The notes under the pieces are model-generated. The model ran no database searches. It saw only the letters and a list, made by a program, of their open reading frames with translations, and was not told the origin of the DNA. Of a DNA stretch of 64,000 bases, positions 58,170 through 64,000 are shown in pieces. How positions within the stretch are numbered: position 1 is the stretch's first letter; every line of letters starts with the position of its first letter. The position numbers and the translations under genes are program-made. Origin of the DNA: Leptospiria bacterium (GTDB taxonomy: Bacteria; Spirochaetota; Leptospiria; Turneriellales; CBDBES01); NCBI GenBank assembly GCA_965261485.1, contig CBDHCY010000005.1, forward strand, positions 565,763-629,762, given 5' to 3'.

Positions 58170-58843
58170 TACCATCTTTTAAAATTTATTATATTTTATT
58201 TGTGATTTTAATTGCAAATTTTTTTAACGCTTCATATGCTCAGATTAGTTTATGGAGAGATACAAGTATTTATGACAGCAAGCTGGTTTCTGGTGATGTA
58301 ATAAAAGTAAAAGTTGAAGAAATCTTTCATATTAAAATTGATTCCAAGTGGGATGTAGGTAATAAGACTAAATTAAGTTTATCACCAGATACTAAAATTT
58401 TACCTTTTTTATCACCATCTACACAAAGTAAAAATCGACATCAAAATACTCAAGCCAAATATCGCATGAAAGATACGCTTAACTTCCAATTACAAGCAGT
58501 AATTGGCACACCTAAAAAGGGAAGTAAATTGTATCCTATTCAAGCAAAAAAATCAATTCTAATGAATTCAAAGCCAACCCAAATTACTTTATCAGGTTTG
58601 ATAAACTCAAAGTATGTTAAAAATAATACAATAAAATCAATTCATATTGTTAATTTAAAACTAAATATTCAAACTCAACCATCTTTTAGCCAAGATAATT
58701 CTATTGTGTTAAAATCACCACGTCCCGAAGAAATCATCGATCCTAAAAATCCACCACCAGATAAAGCAAAATTAAGCGAGCAAGAAAAACAACGAATATT
58801 ACTTAAATATATACAAAAAATTGTAGGACAATTAAATCAATAA
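58163..58843 (+). CDS. flgH: Flagellar L-ring protein homolog (start uncertain: ATT 58163 or GTG 58202)
   Basis: SLW...GDVIKVKVEE, QITLSGLI; located between flgA and flgI. Confidence 0.7.
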   Translation: MLIPSFKIYYILFVILIANFFNASYAQISLWRDTSIYDSKLVSGDVIKVKVEEIFHIKIDSKWDVGNKTKLSLSPDTKILPFLSPSTQSKNRHQNTQAKYRMKDTLNFQLQAVIGTPKKGSKLYPIQAKKSILMNSKPTQITLSGLINSKYVKNNTIKSIHIVNLKLNIQTQPSFSQDNSIVLKSPRPEEIIDPKNPPPDKAKLSEQEKQRILLKYIQKIVGQLNQ

Positions 58844-58854
58844 ATCATATTATC

Positions 58855-59937
58855 ATGCATATGAAAAAAATTATTAATCATTATCTTCATCCCTTCATGG
58901 CTATTGTATTAAGTTCGATGTGCTTATCACCAATTTATTCTTTAATTCTGCCCATTAAAAGATTAGTTAAAATTGGCTCGATGAGAGAAAATCAATTAAC
59001 TGGTTACGGACTTGTTGTTGGTCTTCCACAAACAGGTGATACTAGAAATATTCTTACAACTGAAATGTTAAAAAATACATTATCATCTAGAGGAATGAAA
59101 ATAGATGATTCAAAACTTAAGACAAAAAATGTTGCGATAGTAATGGTCATGGCAAAAATTCCTCCCATTGCTTTGCCCGGAAACTTTATCGATATTTGGG
59201 TATCTTCTGTGGGTAATGCAAAATCTTTAAAAAATGGATATCTCCTCCAGACACCTCTTAGTGGGGCAGATGGCAAAATATATGCCGTAGCCCAAGGTAG
59301 TGTTGTATCTTCATCATCTCTAGGAAAAAGTAAAACCCAAAGAGTGAATGTTAGAAGTACTCAAGAGACCACCACTTTCATTTCAAACGGTGCAATCATT
59401 GAGAAAAAAATTACACAGCCTTTAATATCAGTAAAAAATAATAGACAGATAGTGATTTTCAACCTAATTTACTTTGACATCAGTACTGCCAATAATATTA
59501 TTAATGGAATTAATAAATCTTTTATAAATTCTACACGATTGAACAAGGATGGTACGATTATTGTTCAAATACCTGAAACAGAAAATTCAATAAAATTTAT
59601 TTCAAATATTTTAGAAATACCTGTTAAGGTAGAGAGTAAGGCTAAGGTAGTAATTGACCCTCGTAGTGGTACCATTGTAATGGGAGGAAATGTCGGACTT
59701 TCTCCCATTGCAGTGAGTAAGTCTGGAATGAATATTAAGATTGGTAACTCTCAAGATAATCTGGACGAAAAAAATAAAAATAAGAAATCAACTATTTCCT
59801 TTTTAGAAGAAGCCCCTACAATCTCTCAACTTGTAAATATTTTAAATAAACTTGGTGTAGATGCTCATGAAATGATTGATATTTTAAAAGCTATTCATTC
59901 GGCAGGAGCTTTACACGCTGAACTTTTAATTATTTAG
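58855..59937 (+). CDS. flgI: Flagellar P-ring protein
   Basis: RENQLTGYGLVVGL, NVAIVMV, GADGKIYAVAQG, AKVVID.RSGTIVMG, GALHAEL. Confidence 0.95.
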   Translation: MHMKKIINHYLHPFMAIVLSSMCLSPIYSLILPIKRLVKIGSMRENQLTGYGLVVGLPQTGDTRNILTTEMLKNTLSSRGMKIDDSKLKTKNVAIVMVMAKIPPIALPGNFIDIWVSSVGNAKSLKNGYLLQTPLSGADGKIYAVAQGSVVSSSSLGKSKTQRVNVRSTQETTTFISNGAIIEKKITQPLISVKNNRQIVIFNLIYFDISTANNIINGINKSFINSTRLNKDGTIIVQIPETENSIKFISNILEIPVKVESKAKVVIDPRSGTIVMGGNVGLSPIAVSKSGMNIKIGNSQDNLDEKNKNKKSTISFLEEAPTISQLVNILNKLGVDAHEMIDILKAIHSAGALHAELLII

Positions 59938-59959
59938 TATGTTTTAAAGAGGAAAAAAT

Positions 59960-60406
59960 ATGATAAATCAAATAGATCCATTACTCTACCGTTCTAATTC
60001 ACAAATAAAATCTTGGCAAAAATATTATAAAAATAAAGGTGATCAAAGTTTTCAAAAAATGTTAGATGCAAAAAAAATATCTCAGAAAAAATTAAATGCC
60101 CATATTTCTTCAAGTCAGTTGAATCAAATTCCTCATAGAACAGAAGTTTTAAATCATACCAAAGGTTTTCCAGAAAGATTGAAATTATACGAAGCTGCAA
60201 AAGAATTTGAATCTTTTTTTATTGAAAAAACATTTCGAGAAATGAAAAAAAATATTCCTAAAAATTCGTTATTTCATGGGGGACGAGCTGAAGAAATTTT
60301 TGATGAGATGCTACTCACAGAAAGAGTAAAAAAACTTTCTAACAATACTCACTTTGGTTTGGCTGAATTAATTTATAAACAACTTCAAAATGGCAGTGGA
60401 TTCTGA
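59960..60406 (+). CDS. flgJ: Rod-binding FlgJ-type protein (no muramidase domain)
   Basis: LYEAAKEFESFF, EEIFDEML, GLAELIYKQL. Confidence 0.85.
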   Translation: MINQIDPLLYRSNSQIKSWQKYYKNKGDQSFQKMLDAKKISQKKLNAHISSSQLNQIPHRTEVLNHTKGFPERLKLYEAAKEFESFFIEKTFREMKKNIPKNSLFHGGRAEEIFDEMLLTERVKKLSNNTHFGLAELIYKQLQNGSGF

Positions 60407-60950
60407 AGCCCTCATTATTATATCTGCCCCCTCTGGTGCTGGTAAAAATACTATCTTAAATGGTTTACTTAGTAAAAGAACTGATTTACAATTTTCAATT
60501 TCCACAACCACTCGAAAACCTAGATTCGATGAAGTACACGGTAAAAATTATTATTTTTGCACATGCAAAAAGTTTAAGCGAAAGATTCAGTATGGTGATT
60601 TTTTAGAATACACCCAAGCTTTAGGTCACTATTATGGCACCACAGAAAAAGAAATATTAAGAATTCAAAAAATAGGATGTATTCCAATACTTGATATTAA
60701 CATTCAGGGGTTTCAGCAAGTACAAAATAAAAATAAAAATATATTAAGTTTTTTTATTATGCCACCTTCTTTAGTAGAATTAAAGCAGAGGCTCATTCTA
60801 CGTGGAACTGAAAATGAAGAAGAGATTAGCAATCGCTTAAAACTTGCGAAAGATGAAATTAAATATAAAAATAAGTATCATCATATTATTATAAATGACA
60901 ATTTATCGACAGCTATCAATAAATTAGATTCATTAATAAAGCCTCTATAA
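60390..60950 (+). CDS. gmk: Guanylate kinase
   Basis: SAPSGAGK, STTTRKPR, YYGT, PPSLVELKQRL. Confidence 0.96.
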   Translation: MAVDSEALIIISAPSGAGKNTILNGLLSKRTDLQFSISTTTRKPRFDEVHGKNYYFCTCKKFKRKIQYGDFLEYTQALGHYYGTTEKEILRIQKIGCIPILDINIQGFQQVQNKNKNILSFFIMPPSLVELKQRLILRGTENEEEISNRLKLAKDEIKYKNKYHHIIINDNLSTAINKLDSLIKPL

Positions 60951-60957
60951 TAAAAAA

Positions 60958-61899
60958 ATTATCATTCAAAATACCTTATTTATATTAACAGGCCCCACCG
61001 CTTCTGGTAAATCGAGTATCATTAAAAGTCTATCTCAAAAATATTCAATTGAGGTTATAAGTGCTGACTCCAGACAAATATATGAAGGAATGTCTATTGG
61101 TACGGCACAACCTACTAAAATAGAACAAAAATTAATTAAATATCATTTAGTTGGTTGTATTTCTCCCGGCGATGTTTATTCTGCTGGATCTTTTGTAAAA
61201 TATTGCAAAAGAGAGATTCCATTTATTCAATCACGAAATTCTATTCCCTTTATTGTGGGAGGTACTTATTTTTATATTCACTCTCTTTTATATGGGCTCC
61301 TTAACGAACCTTTTATACCAAATGAGCTAAGAAAAGAAGTAAATTCCTTTGATTCAAATCAATTAATGAAGAAGCTACAAGTGTACGACCCTTTATCGCT
61401 GAAAGTAATACACCCTAATAATCTTCAACGTCTAAAAAGAGCTCTTTTAATTTCCATTGCTGGGGGTAAGCCTTTTTCTTCTTTCAAAAGAGAAGGGGGT
61501 ATTTTGAATAATTATGATATATATGCCTGGACAATTGATATATCAAGAGATGATTTATATAGAAATATTAATATAAGAACAAAACAAATGCTACAATCAG
61601 GCTGGCTCAAAGAAGTAAAATCACTTTTTGAAAAAGGTTATAACGAATCTTCGCCTGGTCTCAAGAGTTTAGGTTATCCAGAAATTGTCAATTTTTTAAA
61701 ATTCAACCAAGTTCATATTGATAATATTTCATCTATTAAATTTATGTCTCTTATTGAAAAAGTAACTCAAAAAACTAGAAATTTTGCGAAGAGACAATTA
61801 ACCTGGTTGAAGTATCAAGATTTATTAAAAAAGATTGACTATGCTCGAGCAAAAAATAGAATTGACTCTTGTATATTGAAATTCAATAAGCAATTATGA
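60958..61899 (+). CDS. miaA: tRNA dimethylallyltransferase (non-canonical ATT/ATC start inferred)
   Basis: In-frame sequence upstream of ATG 61090 encodes [10 protein letters not shown] (P-loop) and ISADSRQIY; downstream [23 protein letters not shown]. Confidence 0.92.
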   Translation: MIIQNTLFILTGPTASGKSSIIKSLSQKYSIEVISADSRQIYEGMSIGTAQPTKIEQKLIKYHLVGCISPGDVYSAGSFVKYCKREIPFIQSRNSIPFIVGGTYFYIHSLLYGLLNEPFIPNELRKEVNSFDSNQLMKKLQVYDPLSLKVIHPNNLQRLKRALLISIAGGKPFSSFKREGGILNNYDIYAWTIDISRDDLYRNINIRTKQMLQSGWLKEVKSLFEKGYNESSPGLKSLGYPEIVNFLKFNQVHIDNISSIKFMSLIEKVTQKTRNFAKRQLTWLKYQDLLKKIDYARAKNRIDSCILKFNKQL

Positions 61900-62135
61900 A
61901 GAATAATATTCAAGAGATCCTTTTAAATCACGCTCGTAAAAAAAAAATTGAGCTCACTATTTATCTTTCTAATGGGATACCCCTAAAAGGTAGGGTCATT
62001 AGCTTTGACAACTTTACAATTGTATTAGAGCAAGTTAGTAAGCAATATTTAATTTATAAACATTCAATTACCACAGTAATTCCCAATGAAAAAATTAATC
62101 TATCTGCTTTAGACGAAAAATTTATAGTAGAATAA
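61896..62135 (+). CDS. hfq: RNA chaperone Hfq
   Basis: [34 protein letters not shown]; miaA-hfq synteny. Confidence 0.95.
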   Translation: MKNNIQEILLNHARKKKIELTIYLSNGIPLKGRVISFDNFTIVLEQVSKQYLIYKHSITTVIPNEKINLSALDEKFIVE

Positions 62136-62147
62136 AAAATTGGACTA

Positions 62148-63149
62148 TTGAGAGTGCTTAAATCTCCACAATCAACTAGTTTTTATATTAACCTACTTCA
62201 ATTTTTTTTTAGTAGTCTTTTTTTTGCTTGCATAATCAGTATGGTTTATTCAAACATACTGGTTGTTCCTGATGGGCATGTTGGTTTTCTCAAAGAAAGA
62301 ACATATGGTTGGGCTAAAGATTCCCTAAAACCGGGTTATCATTGGATTTGGACAGCCTTTATTCCTCTTAAGTGGAGTTTTTATTTAATTGATACAACTC
62401 CTCCTGTAGTACATATTAATTTTAAAATGCCCCTACGATATACCAAATATCTTGAGTTATCCAATGTATTTCGAACACAAATTGAAATTAAAGTCCAATA
62501 TCATTTAAATCAAAAAAGTATTATCAAATTGATTAAATCTCTAAATGAAAATATTGACATGCTAGAACCATATATCAAAGAAAAAATAAATATTTTTCTC
62601 AAAGTAAAATATTTTGAATTTTACAAATCAAGTATTGATATTCCCTTACTTAAAATCAAATTAACAAAATATATTAATTCCAACAGTCAAACTGATTCAT
62701 TTACATCAGATTGGCGTAAAATATTTACACCATATGGAATTGAACTTATAAAATTTGATTTATTAAGGGTCTACGTACCTGATTATTCTCTCTATCAGGC
62801 ACAAATTCAAAATCTAGATCAATTTTTAGATGCACGACGTCAGGCCTTGCTAAAAAGTATTGATGCTGAGACCAATATCTATATTTTAAAATTACGTCAT
62901 CAAGCAGAACTTGAAAAAGCGAAAACAGTATTAGAATTATTAAACAAAAATCCTGATATTTTAGAATATCTTAAATATCAAGAACTTAATCCTAAAACAA
63001 GTATAATTCGAATTGAATCTGAAAAGGGGAGTTCTTTCAAGACTTTGGGCTCTAGCATGAGTAAAAAATATCCTGCAACTAATGATGATGAAGATTCAGC
63101 TTTATTTAAAAATGATCAGATTGGACAAATCCCTCCAATAGCGCGATGA
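62148..63149 (+). CDS. SPFH/band 7-like membrane protein (divergent)
   Basis: TM then VVPDGHVG...LKPGYHW, YGIELI, C-terminal ILEYLKYQ. Confidence 0.55.
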   Translation: MRVLKSPQSTSFYINLLQFFFSSLFFACIISMVYSNILVVPDGHVGFLKERTYGWAKDSLKPGYHWIWTAFIPLKWSFYLIDTTPPVVHINFKMPLRYTKYLELSNVFRTQIEIKVQYHLNQKSIIKLIKSLNENIDMLEPYIKEKINIFLKVKYFEFYKSSIDIPLLKIKLTKYINSNSQTDSFTSDWRKIFTPYGIELIKFDLLRVYVPDYSLYQAQIQNLDQFLDARRQALLKSIDAETNIYILKLRHQAELEKAKTVLELLNKNPDILEYLKYQELNPKTSIIRIESEKGSSFKTLGSSMSKKYPATNDDEDSALFKNDQIGQIPPIAR

Positions 63150-64000
63150 GTCCTTACGTATTCATTATTGCTGGAGGCTCAGGCACCCGTCTTTGGCCGT
63201 TGAGTCAAAATAAATATCCAAAACAACTTCTTTCTCTTCTTTCAAAAAAAAGTCTTTTACAAGAAACTTTAGATCGGGCTATGTTTATCACTGTAAGAAA
63301 TAAAATTTTTATTGGTACAAATAAAAAACTCAAAAAAATAATTCAAAAAGAAATTCCTTACCTAAAGAGCAAACAGTTTATTATAGAACCAGAGTCTCAA
63401 AATACTGCCCCTATAATTGCTTATTTTTGTGCTTGGTTACGAAATAAAAAAAAAGATATTAAAACTCCTGTTGTAGTTTTAGCTGCTGATCATTTTATTT
63501 CACCTTGTGCCGACTGGGAGAATTCCATTAGATCGGTATTTCCATTTCTTGAAAGTTCTATTTTTTGTATGGGAATTCAGCCAACTCGTCCAGATATAGG
63601 GTATGGTTATATCGAAACAGATAAGCAAGTCAAAAATAATAAAAAACAACATTCAAGAGTCATCGCTTTTCATGAAAAGCCTAATAAAAAAATGGCGAAA
63701 CAACATGTGCAGAATTCTAATTTTTATTGGAATAGTGGCATGTTTATTTTTTCTGTAGATCTTTTTTTAAAAGAATTAAATATTCATGTTCCTGATATTT
63801 ATACATTAGCAATAAAATGTGCTCAAAATAAGAAGGCACTCAAAAAAAATTTTTATAAAATGCCTAATATCTCAATTGATTATGCTCTAATGGAAAAAAC
63901 AAAAAAACTTTCTGTTGTTATTGGAAATTTTAGCTGGGATGATGTAGGAAGTTTTTCATCTCTTAGTCGTATTCGAGAAAAAGATAAATTTGGAAATGTG
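63146..64000 (+). CDS. manC: Mannose-1-phosphate guanylyltransferase (runs off window end)
   Basis: Manual translation: MSPYVFIIAGGSGTRLWPLS, PKQLL, EPESQNTAP, AADH, GYGYI, FHEKP, WNSGMF, SIDYALME, WDDVGS. Confidence 0.92.
   Translation, partial: MSPYVFIIAGGSGTRLWPLSQNKYPKQLLSLLSKKSLLQETLDRAMFITVRNKIFIGTNKKLKKIIQKEIPYLKSKQFIIEPESQNTAPIIAYFCAWLRNKKKDIKTPVVVLAADHFISPCADWENSIRSVFPFLESSIFCMGIQPTRPDIGYGYIETDKQVKNNKKQHSRVIAFHEKPNKKMAKQHVQNSNFYWNSGMFIFSVDLFLKELNIHVPDIYTLAIKCAQNKKALKKNFYKMPNISIDYALMEKTKKLSVVIGNFSWDDVGSFSSLSRIREKDKFGNV

Noticed and set aside
2924-60200. About 25 short (60-93 aa) ORFs nested in or antisense to confidently identified genes
   Set aside because: They overlap well-supported CDSs in other frames, with no SD or motifs; expected by chance
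1-64000. tRNA, rRNA, CRISPR arrays, IS elements, prophage or defence genes, alternative genetic code
   Set aside because: No cloverleaf or rRNA-like GC-rich tracts, regularly spaced repeats, or transposase/integrase motifs were seen by eye; conserved genes end at TAA, TAG and TGA at the expected lengths

Overview
AT-rich, gene-dense bacterial chromosome segment, most consistent with a Leptospirales-type spirochaete. Evidence: eukaryote-like GuaB, a LipL21-like lipoprotein, spirochaetal lipoboxes, a bactofilin, flgG-flgA-flgH-flgI-flgJ, miaA-hfq and LPS export lptB. About 55 CDS were found, mostly housekeeping (purine, tRNA modification, cofactor, cell envelope, flagellar). I could not support any rRNA, tRNA, CRISPR array, transposase or prophage gene. 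Best candidates for new biology: (1) a 1380-aa RND transporter with a ~315-aa, apparently seven-bladed beta-propeller inserted in its periplasmic porter domain, encoded with a TolC-family and an RDD gene but no adaptor (MFP) gene; (2) thiL and miaA (and possibly flgH) have conserved N-termini that can only be made from ATC/ATT-type start codons; (3) an orphan Ala/Thr-rich surface lipoprotein followed by three G-U-rich hairpins; (4) a perfect 36-bp palindrome plus a Fur/PerR-like box between divergent catalase and DsbA genes; (5) a candidate serine palmitoyltransferase. All family assignments come from motifs recognised by eye; no database search was run.
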